NCBI GenBank assembly: GCA_036231405.1
Contig: JAZAHK010000003.1
Span: forward strand, 32,001-96,000
Source of the DNA: Nitrospinota bacterium
Lineage (GTDB): Bacteria; UBA8248
Length of the DNA stretch: 64,000 bases
Direction: 5' to 3'
Positions within the stretch are counted from its first letter, which is position 1. Each line of letters opens with the position of its first letter. Positions 9,932 to 22,296 of this stretch are shown one piece after another. The position numbers and the translations under genes were made by a program. The notes under the pieces are model-generated. The model saw only the letters and a program-made list of their open reading frames with translations. It had not been told where the DNA came from and did not search any database.

Positions 9932-11863
9932 TTACTTACCATACTTCTTTATATCATAGAGGTAAATTTTACTAGAAGGATTCGTAGTAAGCATCGAAGT
10001 ATCAGTAGTGACAACAATTAAATCTTTTCTTCCGTCATTGTCACTGTCTGCCACTTCAAAATCTACAACACCTTGGGAAAGTTTTTTAGATCTCCAAAAT
10101 TCAGATAAACCGCTACCATCCCAAACCATACTAACAATCTGTCCAGCAGAAATACCAAGACCAGGAACTATACGTGATCCGGAATATTTGTTTGCAATAA
10201 CGAGCACTTCTTCTATTCCATCCCCATCTGTATCTTCAACCTTAATTCTAGAACGAATTAAGATATCGAATTCAGAAACAGAAGTAGAATTTCTTCTTTC
10301 TTCAGTGGATTGAAAACGGTGGACCGCAGCACCATAATATTCTGCACTTTTATAAAAAACGCTGCCTGTTCTATTCATGATACGAAGTTTATCATCCTTT
10401 CCGATCTCAATGATATTTAATTTTCCATCTCGATCGATATCCCATAAAGAAAAACCAAGTATTTCAAAATCCTCCGGCATCTTATATGTCGCTATTTTCA
10501 TAATTTGATCCGATGACCACGTATACCTAGCAATTGGTCCTGTAAAAGGTTCATCAAACCCCTGTCTTTGTCCTAGTAGCAGGGAAACATCTTTATCTTT
10601 TGATGAAGGATTTTTCTTTCTCGTCTTAAGCACACGCAAAAAGATATTTCTTTTTGAAAAGATTTTCACGAATTTCTTCTGTTTCACTTCAAACACCAAG
10701 GAGGAAACATTATCATGTTCGTAACTTGCCACGTAAATTTCAGGGACTCCATTTGAGTTTAAATCCGCAACATCCATCCATCGAAAATCATTTCCTACCC
10801 CCGCATCATATCGAAACAACTCTCGAATTTTATTATTTAGAATTTGAAATGCTATCAATTCTGTAGATGTCAGAATAACAAGTTCGTTCTTCCCATCTAA
10901 ATCCAAATCTGAAACCGCTACGCCTCTTACCCCTAATTTGTCAAAATGGAAGGCTTTCACTCCTCCCATAATAGATATCCCAGGAAGACCGGAAGTAGAC
11001 TTTTGGAAATTTCCGCCAAACGCAAAAAAACCTCTTCTTCTTTTCCCTCTTTTCAAAGTCCCTTTCTTTGGAACCCCTTGTGCATAGGGCACCCTGCTCA
11101 CAGAAGCAATAGCCTCAAATAGAACACGTTTCGAAGTGAGTGAAATAACTTTACTCTTTAGAAAGGTTCTTCCCTTTACTTCGACAATAGCACTTTGGAT
11201 GGCCATGTCGGATCGCACCTCATTACGCAAGGAAATAGGATTTTTCCCTTCTAAAATTTTATCCTCTGGGATACCGTTTTTAAGAAGCCATACTTCGAGT
11301 TGATCAATATCAAAAACATCAAATCTACCTTTTTTCAACAGCGATTTTACAAGTTCTCTCGTCAACAAATCCGTGCTATACGGTTCGTCCGTGAGATTTG
11401 CAAAGGGTAGGATGGCAATCTTTATTTTCGCCGAAGAGGCCCGAACTACGTCTTTCACCTTAGGGACCAAATCTCCTCCAGGAGCTAAACGTATGACGCG
11501 GGCTACTGAAAATTTTTCCCTCACTTCCACTACCTTAATATCCGCAACATTTTTTTCTAAAGAACCGAGTGGCTCTCCGGTAACAGGATGTTTGAAAACC
11601 TCACCCTGTCGAAACACTCCAATTTTCAACCCCTTTACAACTTTATTCCTTGATCCAATACTCAAATAAAGATCTGCACCTTTTATCGCAACAATAGAAC
11701 CTTCGACATGAGGGTAATATGTGTGAACTTTTTTACTGAGAGCACGAATCGAACTTGTATAATCCAAAGAAAAAAGAATGGATGGATAAAACCCAATACA
11801 AAAAAATATAAGGGCAAAAAAACATAGAATTTTTTTTCTCAAAAAATGAAACCCTAAATACAT
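9932..11863 (-). CDS. Exported VCBS/FG-GAP repeat protein with an N-terminal CsgG/TolB-like region
   Basis: Signal peptide; repeated D-x-D-x-D-G-x-x-E/D motifs (DLDLDGKNE, DLNSNGVPE, DIDRDGK, DTDGDGIEE, DSDNDGRKD); IAILPFAN motif. Confidence 0.7.
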   Translation of the reverse strand: MYLGFHFLRKKILCFFALIFFCIGFYPSILFSLDYTSSIRALSKKVHTYYPHVEGSIVAIKGADLYLSIGSRNKVVKGLKIGVFRQGEVFKHPVTGEPLGSLEKNVADIKVVEVREKFSVARVIRLAPGGDLVPKVKDVVRASSAKIKIAILPFANLTDEPYSTDLLTRELVKSLLKKGRFDVFDIDQLEVWLLKNGIPEDKILEGKNPISLRNEVRSDMAIQSAIVEVKGRTFLKSKVISLTSKRVLFEAIASVSRVPYAQGVPKKGTLKRGKRRRGFFAFGGNFQKSTSGLPGISIMGGVKAFHFDKLGVRGVAVSDLDLDGKNELVILTSTELIAFQILNNKIRELFRYDAGVGNDFRWMDVADLNSNGVPEIYVASYEHDNVSSLVFEVKQKKFVKIFSKRNIFLRVLKTRKKNPSSKDKDVSLLLGQRQGFDEPFTGPIARYTWSSDQIMKIATYKMPEDFEILGFSLWDIDRDGKLNIIEIGKDDKLRIMNRTGSVFYKSAEYYGAAVHRFQSTEERRNSTSVSEFDILIRSRIKVEDTDGDGIEEVLVIANKYSGSRIVPGLGISAGQIVSMVWDGSGLSEFWRSKKLSQGVVDFEVADSDNDGRKDLIVVTTDTSMLTTNPSSKIYLYDIKKYGK

Positions 11864-12002
11864 AACTTCCCGTTCCTTTTAATTTTCAAAAAAACCTAAT
11901 TTCACGTACTCAAGATACAAGAAACAAGAAGACTACTACAAGACAGTTGAAAATAAAAATTCCAGTTTCCCGTTAAAAAACATTCCTTAAGAAGAATGTC
12001 CT

Positions 12003-12031
12003 TTGACCTTCATGCAATTGATTGGTAGAGT
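12003..12031 (+). promoter_or_regulatory. Sigma70-type promoter for the riboswitch-thiC transcript
   Basis: TTGACC-N17-TAGAGT just upstream of the aptamer. Confidence 0.55.
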
Positions 12032-12044
12032 TTCTCATGTAGTT

Positions 12045-12116
12045 TCGCTGGGGGTGCCCCGGGCTGAGATAATACCCTTGAAACCTGAACCGGACAATGC
12101 CGGCGTAGGGAAGCGA
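12045..12116 (+). ncRNA. TPP riboswitch
   Basis: GGGGTGC..GCTGAGA..ATACCC..ACCTGA.C.GGA.AATGCC.GCGTAGGGAA core; P1 TCGCT/AGCGA; upstream of thiC. Confidence 0.95.
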
Positions 12117-12162
12117 TACCGTTTTTAGACTTCCCTTCTGTTTTAGCACCCTATCAATGTAG

Positions 12163-13950
<1,788 letters not shown>

Positions 13951-13981
13951 ATTAAAAATTCAAACTTTTTCCTTGGATAGC

Positions 13982-14311
13982 ATGGAACAAGACACTTTTA
14001 ATATTCATCCCTCCGAAGTTCAATCTTTGCGCGATAAGGGAGAGAAATTTATTTTTCTTGACATTCGTGAAGATGAAGAATTAGAAATCGCTAATATATC
14101 TAACACTATGCATATTCCAATGGGAGATGTCCCATCCAAAGTTAATCTTTTGGACAATGAGGTTCCAATTGTTGTTTTCTGTCATCATGGACAGAGGAGT
14201 GCTATGGTCACTCAATTTTTAAAGCAACTAGATTTTGATGATGTACGAAATATGCAAGGTGGTATAGAAGCATGGGCCATCGAAATAGACACAAGTATTC
14301 CAAGATACTAA
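13982..14311 (+). CDS. Single-domain rhodanese/sulfurtransferase
   Basis: LDIRE, CHHGQRS active-site loop, GGIEAWA..ID. Confidence 0.9.
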   Translation: MEQDTFNIHPSEVQSLRDKGEKFIFLDIREDEELEIANISNTMHIPMGDVPSKVNLLDNEVPIVVFCHHGQRSAMVTQFLKQLDFDDVRNMQGGIEAWAIEIDTSIPRY

Positions 14312-14320
14312 AAATCGTTC

Positions 14321-15304
14321 CTAAATTTTAACGACTACATTCCCTGTATTTTCGAATTTTTCCATAACTTCATGTGAAGAGGCAGTATCTTCCAAAGAAA
14401 AAACTGACGCAATTTGATGAATAAGAGGATACTCATTACAAGCGTTCACAATGTCTTCACATGCCTTGAAAGCATCCGCGTCAGGGACTGAATACATAAA
14501 AATCATTCTTATAGTGAAGTTTTTTTGCATCATGTCATACCAAGCAAATACAGGTTCAGGAACTCTGGTAGACCCATATGCAGCAATAATACCATTTTCT
14601 TTTAATACTTGTTTAGTTACAGGTAGATTTTCTCCAAAATCAACATCTAAAATCTGATCTACACCTTCCCCTGAAGTTAAATCTAAAATTTGTTCTGTAA
14701 TTTTGTCATTGTTTTTATAATTTACTACACTGTCCGCACCGACCTTCATAGCAATAGTCGCTTTTTCATCAGTGCTGACTGTAGCTATCACCTTTGCACC
14801 AGCCCATTTAGCAAGCTGAATCCCATAGTTACCTACAGCACCAGCACCCCCCGTCACCAAAATAACTTTATCCTTGAGAGGACGACCAAGGAATAAACCT
14901 AGATGAGCAGTCATTGCAGGTATGGCAAGACACGCACCCTCTTCAAATGAAACATTTTCAGGGAGAGGGACGACTTGCCTTTCAGGAAGGACAACAAACT
15001 CGCACGCAGTACCCATCGGTCTTTTCCATTGCGCATTGAAAACCCAGACACGATCTCCTTCTCTAAAAGTAGTAACACCAGAACCAACTTCATCTACAAC
15101 CCCCGCGCCATCACTATGCGGAATAATTTTAGACCAACGCATTTTTCCTCTACTACCCAGACGAGCTTTATAATCGGAAGGATTTGCGCCAGAGGCGTGC
15201 AGTCTAATTCTTACCTCTCCAGAACCTGCTTCTGGAGTATCTAATTCCCCATAAATCAAAACATCTTTGGCAGGACCATATTTTTCATACCAAATTGCTC
15301 GCAT
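14321..15304 (-). CDS. NADPH:quinone reductase (MDR/zeta-crystallin family)
   Basis: NPSDYK, PHSDGAGVV and VTGGAGAVG motifs. Confidence 0.9.
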   Translation of the reverse strand: MRAIWYEKYGPAKDVLIYGELDTPEAGSGEVRIRLHASGANPSDYKARLGSRGKMRWSKIIPHSDGAGVVDEVGSGVTTFREGDRVWVFNAQWKRPMGTACEFVVLPERQVVPLPENVSFEEGACLAIPAMTAHLGLFLGRPLKDKVILVTGGAGAVGNYGIQLAKWAGAKVIATVSTDEKATIAMKVGADSVVNYKNNDKITEQILDLTSGEGVDQILDVDFGENLPVTKQVLKENGIIAAYGSTRVPEPVFAWYDMMQKNFTIRMIFMYSVPDADAFKACEDIVNACNEYPLIHQIASVFSLEDTASSHEVMEKFENTGNVVVKI

Positions 15305-15323
15305 ATTTTAATCCCTCCAAAAA

Positions 15324-16448
15324 TTATGATTTTGCTCTTTCAGATTCTATCAGTTTATGAACTCTAGGGATGAGGTCCTCTGCAATACGATCACATTCTT
15401 CTATATGAGGGTATCCTGAAAGAATAAATTCATCTATTCCCAGTTTCCAGTATGAGAGTAACTCTTGTGCGATTTGATCAGGGTTTCCTACAAGAGCCGA
15501 TCCACAGTTTACTCGAACGGTGGAAATCCCATTCCACAAATGGGTGTCTACTTTATAATCTTCAAACTCGCGAGCCTGTTCTGCCGCACCTACCATACTT
15601 GTTCCCGAAACAAGCGACGTCCTTTGTTTCTTCACACTATTTGATGCTTGAGAAAGTAGCTCACTAGCTTCGGCCCATGCGTCTTCTTCGACATTTCTCA
15701 TAATAACATGTGTACGAAGACCAAAGCTTGGATTTCTACCGAAATCAGAAAAAGATTCTCTGGCTCGTTCAAGGTGTTTTTCAACATCCTCTATTTTTGA
15801 AATCCATCCTAAGTAAATATCAGATTGTGAGCCAGCTAATTTGAGCGCCGCCGGGGATGCACCTCCTAAATAAAATTGAATGTCGTTTAAAGGACCAGGA
15901 GAACAGTGCACGTTATTCAACTGGATATGTTCCCCCTTAAATTCGATTGGTTCAGGGCTCTCCCAAAGTTTTCTTAGAGCAGCAATAAATTCTTCTGCTC
16001 TTTCATAACGGGTATCATGGTCAATAGTTTCCCCCATTTTCTCAAACTCGCCCTTAATCCCCCCAGGCACAACGTTCAAATCTATTCTTCCATTAGAAAT
16101 TTGACTAAGGGTAGCAGCCATTTGAGAAAAAAGACCTGTATTAATAAACCCTGGACGAACGGCTACCAAAAAACGAATCCTTGTGGTCACTGCAGCAAGC
16201 GCCGTAACCATTGTCCATGTCTCAGACAAAGGAGCTCTTTCATCAAAAAGCCCATTTGCAAACCTAGTCGGAATTAAAAGCGAATAAAAACCATTCCTTT
16301 CAGCTGTCTCAACTACATTACGTAGATAGTCAAATGTTGGCGGTCTCTCAGCAACCTCTGTTCCAATATGACTTCCATCACCGTCAATAGGAATAAACCA
16401 GTCAAATTTCGGAACAGGTCTAATAGGTTTTTTCATATTCTCCCTCAT
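15324..16448 (-). CDS. Luciferase-like (LLM) flavin-dependent monooxygenase, SsuD-like
   Basis: WFIP.DGD, FLVAVRPG, GGAS, LVGNPDQ and FILSGYPH motifs. Confidence 0.85.
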   Translation of the reverse strand: MRENMKKPIRPVPKFDWFIPIDGDGSHIGTEVAERPPTFDYLRNVVETAERNGFYSLLIPTRFANGLFDERAPLSETWTMVTALAAVTTRIRFLVAVRPGFINTGLFSQMAATLSQISNGRIDLNVVPGGIKGEFEKMGETIDHDTRYERAEEFIAALRKLWESPEPIEFKGEHIQLNNVHCSPGPLNDIQFYLGGASPAALKLAGSQSDIYLGWISKIEDVEKHLERARESFSDFGRNPSFGLRTHVIMRNVEEDAWAEASELLSQASNSVKKQRTSLVSGTSMVGAAEQAREFEDYKVDTHLWNGISTVRVNCGSALVGNPDQIAQELLSYWKLGIDEFILSGYPHIEECDRIAEDLIPRVHKLIESERAKS

Positions 16449-16460
16449 CAGAAAAAATTT

Positions 16461-16949
16461 TTATTTTTTTACCCATGCAGGGGCACTTCCTACAAAAATA
16501 TCTGAATCATGAAAAATTTCAATGCGGTTTCCATCCGGATCAAGAAAATAAATTGCTTCATGTCCACCCCACAAACCATTCGTACCATCTAATCGAAGAG
16601 GCCCCCACACGATCCTAACTTCTTTTCTAGACTTCACAAAAGAAACCGCGTCGTCAAAATCTTTCTTTCCCGAAACCTCAAAAGCTAGATGATGGAGACC
16701 AACATCTTTCCTGGGAACCGTGTCTTCTCCCTCTTGAGAAATCCAATCACGCGGCACAGAGAAAATCGCAAGTTGGTGATGGTATTTATCTAAATACATA
16801 AATGCACTACCAAAAGGAGTTTCGGGATGATCTCCTTCCTCATGTTTAGACCGTAATTGAAACCCTAATACATCACGATAAAACTGGATGGAACGATCTA
16901 AATCGCGTACTTTGATGCCCATATGTTGCAACCGAAGAGTTCGGATCAA
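16461..16949 (-). CDS. VOC family protein (glyoxalase/extradiol dioxygenase-like)
   Basis: HMGIKVRDL..S..FY, GLHHLAF and YFLDPDGNRIE motifs. Confidence 0.85.
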   Translation of the reverse strand: MIRTLRLQHMGIKVRDLDRSIQFYRDVLGFQLRSKHEEGDHPETPFGSAFMYLDKYHHQLAIFSVPRDWISQEGEDTVPRKDVGLHHLAFEVSGKKDFDDAVSFVKSRKEVRIVWGPLRLDGTNGLWGGHEAIYFLDPDGNRIEIFHDSDIFVGSAPAWVKK

Positions 16950-17081
16950 TTACATTCTCCTAAATTTTGTATTAAGAAAAAAAATCTCCTTGCCCAAGAA
17001 ACGATTATGAAGTACCTATAGTCCTACGCATAATTGAAAGAGAATTTCTCAGCTTATCAAAAATTTCTCTGGGAGAGAATC

Positions 17082-17879
17082 ATGGGAGTAATTAAAAACT
17101 TAACAAAGCAAAAATGTAAAGATGGAAAAGTAACCTTAGGTTCTGGAGTTCGCATGGCGAAGACAGTCGAGGTAGGATTAGCTATGAAGGCTTCTGGCTA
17201 CGACTGGCTTTTTATAGACTTAGAACATGGCCCTTTTACGCTTGAAACCGCTCAGCAAATTTCTATTGCAGCACTGACTCAAGAAATCACTCCGCTGGTG
17301 AGAGTAGCTGACCTTGACCCTCATCTCAGCACAAGAATTTTAGATAGTGGAGCTCAAGGGATTATCCTTCCACATGTAAATAATCCAGAAGAAGCAAAAA
17401 AATTCGTTTCTATATGCAAATTTCCAATGGAAGGGAATCGTAGTTCAGGTGGTGGTCTCGCCCATGCCAAATTTGAATCCATAGAAGCAAAAAAACTTTT
17501 AAACGATGTAAACGAAGAAATGTTACTTGTCGCAATGATCGAAACCCCAGAGGCGGGAGATAAAGCAGATGAAATTGCCGCTGTTGATGGCATTGATGTT
17601 TTGTTAATAGGAACAAATGATTTAAGTACTGGAATGGGCATTCCAGGGCAACATGATCATCCAAAAGTCAATAAAGTCTATGACCAGGTGATCAAAGCTT
17701 GCACAAAACACGGCAAAACCCCAGGGATGGGTGGTTCGTACAATCCTGTTCTTATTGAACAAAGAATTAGTGAGGGCATGCGATTTATCCTTAGCGGAAG
17801 TGATTTAAATTTTATGATTGCGGGAGCATCTGCTCAAGCAAAAATAATTAGAGAAGCAGCAAAAAAATCGGGAGTTTAA
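17082..17879 (+). CDS. HpcH/HpaI family aldolase
   Basis: DWLFIDLEHG, MIETP and IGTNDLS motifs. Confidence 0.9.
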   Translation: MGVIKNLTKQKCKDGKVTLGSGVRMAKTVEVGLAMKASGYDWLFIDLEHGPFTLETAQQISIAALTQEITPLVRVADLDPHLSTRILDSGAQGIILPHVNNPEEAKKFVSICKFPMEGNRSSGGGLAHAKFESIEAKKLLNDVNEEMLLVAMIETPEAGDKADEIAAVDGIDVLLIGTNDLSTGMGIPGQHDHPKVNKVYDQVIKACTKHGKTPGMGGSYNPVLIEQRISEGMRFILSGSDLNFMIAGASAQAKIIREAAKKSGV

Positions 17880-17911
17880 TTACAGACTAATCAGAGTACA
17901 TAGGAGGGAAA

Positions 17912-18754
17912 ATGAAAATACTTACATTTGAATCAAACGGAACTGAAAAATTAGGAATTCTCACAGAAGGTGGGATAGAAGAAATAATCTCTGAACCACA
18001 AGATATTTATCAATTTATAGAGGAAAACGGAAAAGTTGAAACGAACCAACAACCAATACCTTTAGACTCTGTCAAATTACTTGCACCCATTCAAAATTTA
18101 AAAAGATCAGTTATTGCAGTGGGGTTGAACTATAAAAAACATGCGGATGAGGGCGCTAGAAAACGTGGAAGAGAAGTTGGAGTGTATCCTGAAATTCCCT
18201 ATTTCTTTTGCAAATGGAGCGGAACCAATAATCATCATAATGGGGAGATTATCTATCATTCATCTACTAAAGAACTCGACTATGAATGTGAACTTGTAAT
18301 CGTCATCGGGAAGAAAGGAATTAACATACCAAAAGATAAAGCTCTCGATTATGTGTATGGATATACGATCATGAATGAAGTTTCTGCCAGAGATGTTCAA
18401 CTTAAACACATGCAGTGGTTCAAAGGAAAAGCTCTTGACTCTTTCGGTCCGATTGGACCATGGATCGTAACCAAGGATGAAATAAAAGATGCAAACAATC
18501 TCAGAATTCAGACGAGAGTCAACGGTGAAACTCGGCAAGATTCTAATACGAATGATATGATTTTCGATATCTCAACACTGATTGAGTCAGTTTCTGAAGG
18601 TCTCACGCTTCAACCCGGCGACATGATTGCTACCGGCACGCCAGAGGGAGTTGGATTTGCGATGGACCCACCAAGGACTTTGCAAGCAGGAGATGTGGTG
18701 GAATGTGAGATTGATGAAATAGGAATCCTAAAAAATCATGTGGTTTCGCCGTAA
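17912..18754 (+). CDS. Fumarylacetoacetate hydrolase family protein
   Basis: GLNY, LDYECEL, SARD.Q, KGK and ATGTPEGVG motifs. Confidence 0.92.
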   Translation: MKILTFESNGTEKLGILTEGGIEEIISEPQDIYQFIEENGKVETNQQPIPLDSVKLLAPIQNLKRSVIAVGLNYKKHADEGARKRGREVGVYPEIPYFFCKWSGTNNHHNGEIIYHSSTKELDYECELVIVIGKKGINIPKDKALDYVYGYTIMNEVSARDVQLKHMQWFKGKALDSFGPIGPWIVTKDEIKDANNLRIQTRVNGETRQDSNTNDMIFDISTLIESVSEGLTLQPGDMIATGTPEGVGFAMDPPRTLQAGDVVECEIDEIGILKNHVVSP

Positions 18755-18790
18755 GGTACATACTACAGGTCTTCACAAAAAGACTGAAAA

Positions 18791-19285
18791 TTATTTCAAT
18801 GTTTTCTCGAGATACGGAATAAGGCCACCTGCTTTGATCATGTCCATTATGTGTTCTGGAAGCGGTTCAGCTTGCATTACTGTGTCTTGAGTGTGATTTT
18901 TCACCTCACCTGAAATCGGATCGACAGAAAGTTCATCACCTTCGGAAATGATTTTACAATCTGGACAAATCAGTACTGGCAAACCTATACATATAGAATT
19001 TCTAAAAAAGTTTCTAGCAAAACTTTGTGCTATCACAGCACCTACACCTGAAAATTTTATGCCCCGTGGCGCGGTTTCTCGACTAGAACCACAACCAAAA
19101 TTTTTTCCCCCAACAATAAAATCATTTTTGCTAACTTTTGAGGCAAATTCACTATCTACCCCTTCCATTGCATGATCTCCAAGTTTTTCATCAGGGAAAC
19201 TTGCGTAAGCCGCAGGCATAATATACCCGGTATCTATATTATCTCCGAACGTCCAAGCCTTACCTACCAAAATACGATCATTCAT
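18791..19285 (-). CDS. LeuD/HacB-like hydro-lyase small subunit
   Basis: GDNIDT, NFGCGSSRE and SFAR.FFRN motifs. Confidence 0.9.
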   Translation of the reverse strand: MNDRILVGKAWTFGDNIDTGYIMPAAYASFPDEKLGDHAMEGVDSEFASKVSKNDFIVGGKNFGCGSSRETAPRGIKFSGVGAVIAQSFARNFFRNSICIGLPVLICPDCKIISEGDELSVDPISGEVKNHTQDTVMQAEPLPEHIMDMIKAGGLIPYLEKTLK

Positions 19286-20546
19286 CTAGAAAACTCCTTG
19301 GATCAGAAACTTTTCCCTCGATAGCGCTTGCTGCAACGGTGGCGGCGGAAGCGAGATAAATTGAAGCATCTTCACTACCCATTCTTCCTTTATAATTTCT
19401 ATTAGCAGAAGATATACAAACTTCTCCTGGACCTAGTTGACCAGGACCTTTACCGGAACAAATTCCACAAGTTGTAGGCATAAGCACTCCACCAGCCTCC
19501 ATAAGTACAGAAAGAGTCCCGTCGTCCATAGCATTTTTTAGAATATTTTTACTCGCAGGCGCAATAAGTAATTGTAAACCCTTTGCAATTTGATGACCTT
19601 TTAAAACTTTTGCTGCAGCTCTCAAATCTTCTAATTTCGCACCTGTACAGGAACCTAGATGAGCCCTTTGCAAAGGACCTGAGTCTACATTCTCTACGGA
19701 TGTTACATTGTCCATTCTGTGAGGACACGCTACTTGAGGTGAAAGATCATTAACATTGTACTCATAGGAAGAGTGGTATTGTGCGTCATCGTCAGAATTC
19801 AAAATTTCCAAATCCCCTTCAATACCCACCTTTCTTAAGTATTCCTCTGTCTTTTGATCCACTTCCATTATCGCACTTTTCGCACTAAACTCTGCTGCCA
19901 TATTAGTAAGAGTCATCCTGTCCTCGACAGACATTGAACTAAGAGTTTCTCCTTCAAACTGTATAACTTTATAATCCGCTCCATCTACCCCCAAATCCTT
20001 GAGAGCTAGAAGAGAAAGATCTTTCCCCCAAGTTCCATGAGGAAGCTTTCCTTTAAATGAAATCCGTATTGTCTCAGGAACTCGCAGCCAAACTTCTCCA
20101 GTAGTAAGTACACCAACACTCTCAGTCGGACCAATTGCTACCCCTAAAGCTCCTAAAGCACCTGCATTGGTGGTATGACTATCAGTCCCAGTTACCAAAA
20201 AACCTGGTTGAACGAATCCTTTTTCAGCAAGAAGAATATGACAAATTCCTTCCGCGTCGTAAAAATGTTCAACCTTTTGTTCTTTTGCCCAAGAACGCGT
20301 CACATTTAAAACATGGGTCTGAGAATCTTGTATTGGAGGATTGTGATGATCTGCCGTAAGAAGAAAACGACTTTTGTCCCAAATTGGCAGACCCAATTTT
20401 TTGAAATCATCCCCCATACGGAAAGGGCCTTGATTATCATGCATCAAGTGCGCATCAACTTTTCCCCATATAATTTCTCCTACCTCAACTTGATCTTTCC
20501 CGCTAACCCTAGCGAGAATCTTCTGCGCAATTGTTTGATTTGACAA
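19278..20546 (-). CDS. LeuC/HacA-like aconitase-family large subunit
   Basis: GICH, DSHT, GSCTG, CGIC and NRNYKGRMG motifs. Confidence 0.9.
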   Translation of the reverse strand: MSNQTIAQKILARVSGKDQVEVGEIIWGKVDAHLMHDNQGPFRMGDDFKKLGLPIWDKSRFLLTADHHNPPIQDSQTHVLNVTRSWAKEQKVEHFYDAEGICHILLAEKGFVQPGFLVTGTDSHTTNAGALGALGVAIGPTESVGVLTTGEVWLRVPETIRISFKGKLPHGTWGKDLSLLALKDLGVDGADYKVIQFEGETLSSMSVEDRMTLTNMAAEFSAKSAIMEVDQKTEEYLRKVGIEGDLEILNSDDDAQYHSSYEYNVNDLSPQVACPHRMDNVTSVENVDSGPLQRAHLGSCTGAKLEDLRAAAKVLKGHQIAKGLQLLIAPASKNILKNAMDDGTLSVLMEAGGVLMPTTCGICSGKGPGQLGPGEVCISSANRNYKGRMGSEDASIYLASAATVAASAIEGKVSDPRSFLDE

Positions 20547-20663
20547 TACTTTTCCCTTTAATATAAAAATGAAGCCAAACTTTATGTTTGGGACACTCGA
20601 CTAAGCATAGAATTAAAACTGAGTTTTCATTTACTTACTCTCATAGTTCGATAAAGATTACAA

Positions 20664-21275
20664 GTGGATAAAATGGAAGAAAAAGAAAAGAAAATGGAGA
20701 GAAAAGATTTTTTTCGAGAAGGTCCTCTTTCTCTTCTACGCGCTTTTTTTCAAGGTTCTCAAGAAGATGAAACTATTATACAAAGAAGTGCTATAGACGG
20801 ACCGGTACTTAGACCCCCTGGTGCAAAGACTGGAGACACTTTTTTAGAACTTTGTAAGGGAAGTGGTATTTGTGCAGAAGTTTGTCCTGCAAACGCAATT
20901 CTCATACTTCCTGAGGAAAGTGATTCTTCTCGATTTACTCCGAGAATCATTCCTTCTGATTCAGCATGTGTTATATGTGACGATTTGTTGTGCATGAAGT
21001 CTTGTCCAACTGGAGCATTGACAATTATCGATATAAAGGAAATTTCAATAGGAATAGCAAAAGTTGAAAAAGAAGACTGCATATCTTGGGTTGGAGATGA
21101 TGAAACTTGCAAATCTTGCGTAACGAACTGTCCAATTGGAGAAGATGCAATTCAAATCAAGTCTGAATCTGGAAATATAGGACCCATGATAGGACAGGGT
21201 TGTGTCGGATGTGGATTATGTGAGCAGCACTGCCCTGTATATCCAAAAGCAGTCCAAGTCTTTCCCCATGCATAA
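20664..21275 (+). CDS. NapG/MauM-like polyferredoxin
   Basis: LRPPGA and several CxxC..CP clusters. Confidence 0.8.
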   Translation: MDKMEEKEKKMERKDFFREGPLSLLRAFFQGSQEDETIIQRSAIDGPVLRPPGAKTGDTFLELCKGSGICAEVCPANAILILPEESDSSRFTPRIIPSDSACVICDDLLCMKSCPTGALTIIDIKEISIGIAKVEKEDCISWVGDDETCKSCVTNCPIGEDAIQIKSESGNIGPMIGQGCVGCGLCEQHCPVYPKAVQVFPHA

Positions 21276-21666
21276 AAAAACTATTTCTTCGCTCCATACT
21301 TTTTTTAAAACTTCAAAAAATATTCTTGTTTGGGATGGAAATTGTAAATTCTGTCAAAAATGCATTAACTGGCTTATCTCAAAGGGAGGGAAGAAAAAAA
21401 TATTTTTCATTCCTTTCCAGGAAATTCCTCATCCACCTATGAGCGATGAGTTTAAAAAAGAATGCATGCAGTCTATTCAATTTTTAAAACCAACTCATGA
21501 AATTTTTGCTGGTGGTGATGCGATCTCAGAAATTTTATTCGCAATTGGGTACATGAATATTGCAACTATGATGAGAAAACCTAAACTTAGAAAATTAAGC
21601 AACTATCTTTACGATTTTATAGCTAAACACAGAAGTTTACTTAGTAGTTTTATAAGAAACAAATAA
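21268..21666 (+). CDS. DCC1-like thiol-disulfide oxidoreductase (DUF393)
   Basis: WDGNCKFC and Y.FIA.HR motifs; start overlaps the ferredoxin stop. Confidence 0.8.
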   Translation: MHKKTISSLHTFFKTSKNILVWDGNCKFCQKCINWLISKGGKKKIFFIPFQEIPHPPMSDEFKKECMQSIQFLKPTHEIFAGGDAISEILFAIGYMNIATMMRKPKLRKLSNYLYDFIAKHRSLLSSFIRNK

Positions 21667-21702
21667 GAATATAGTCGATACAAGTACTTGAAACGATAAA
21701 TC

Positions 21703-22209
21703 CTAGGAAAATTCTTCTTTCAGAATATCGTGTATAAAACGTTGCACAGCAACTGGGTAAAATCTCACATCTGGAGTTTTGACGACAGCAGTATCCGTAA
21801 TTTCACAACGTGTCATTTCTTCTATAACTTTTTCTATGAGTGTGTCCGGACCCCATTCATGACGCTTAATTTTTAAGTGTTCACTTGTTACATCATAATT
21901 ACCTGAAACAAATTTAGGAAAAGCAAAGACACGACCAACTAGATTCGCATCCATGAGTTCTTCGTCCTCGAATATTTCTCCGAAAGTTTTTTGCATATTA
22001 GAGGGAGTCCAAACAAGTTTAGGTGAGACCATTAAACGTCCTTCTATTTCAACAGAACCTTCTTTTTCATCCAGTTCTGGACCTAAAACTCTATATCCCA
22101 GTTCATGGTATCCCGAAACAATTCCAACGAAAGGACGCCGGAGAATCTCAATCTCTTTGCTAATTTTCTGATGTTCATCGCGCTGAAATTCATCATCAAA
22201 CATTTTCAA
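21703..22209 (-). CDS. Hypothetical protein
   Basis: 168-aa ORF with globular composition, filling the gap downstream of hemY. Confidence 0.7.
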   Translation of the reverse strand: MKMFDDEFQRDEHQKISKEIEILRRPFVGIVSGYHELGYRVLGPELDEKEGSVEIEGRLMVSPKLVWTPSNMQKTFGEIFEDEELMDANLVGRVFAFPKFVSGNYDVTSEHLKIKRHEWGPDTLIEKVIEEMTRCEITDTAVVKTPDVRFYPVAVQRFIHDILKEEFS

Positions 22210-22296
22210 TGCCTATTTATAATTATAAAATCAAATAAAACTCATATCAGAAAAAATTGCTCAAGGTCAAATCTTCAAAATAACATTATATAATAA

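Noticed and set aside
20664-21275. Nitrate reductase (nap) operon
   Set aside because: Only a NapG/MauM-like ferredoxin is present; no napA or napH nearby
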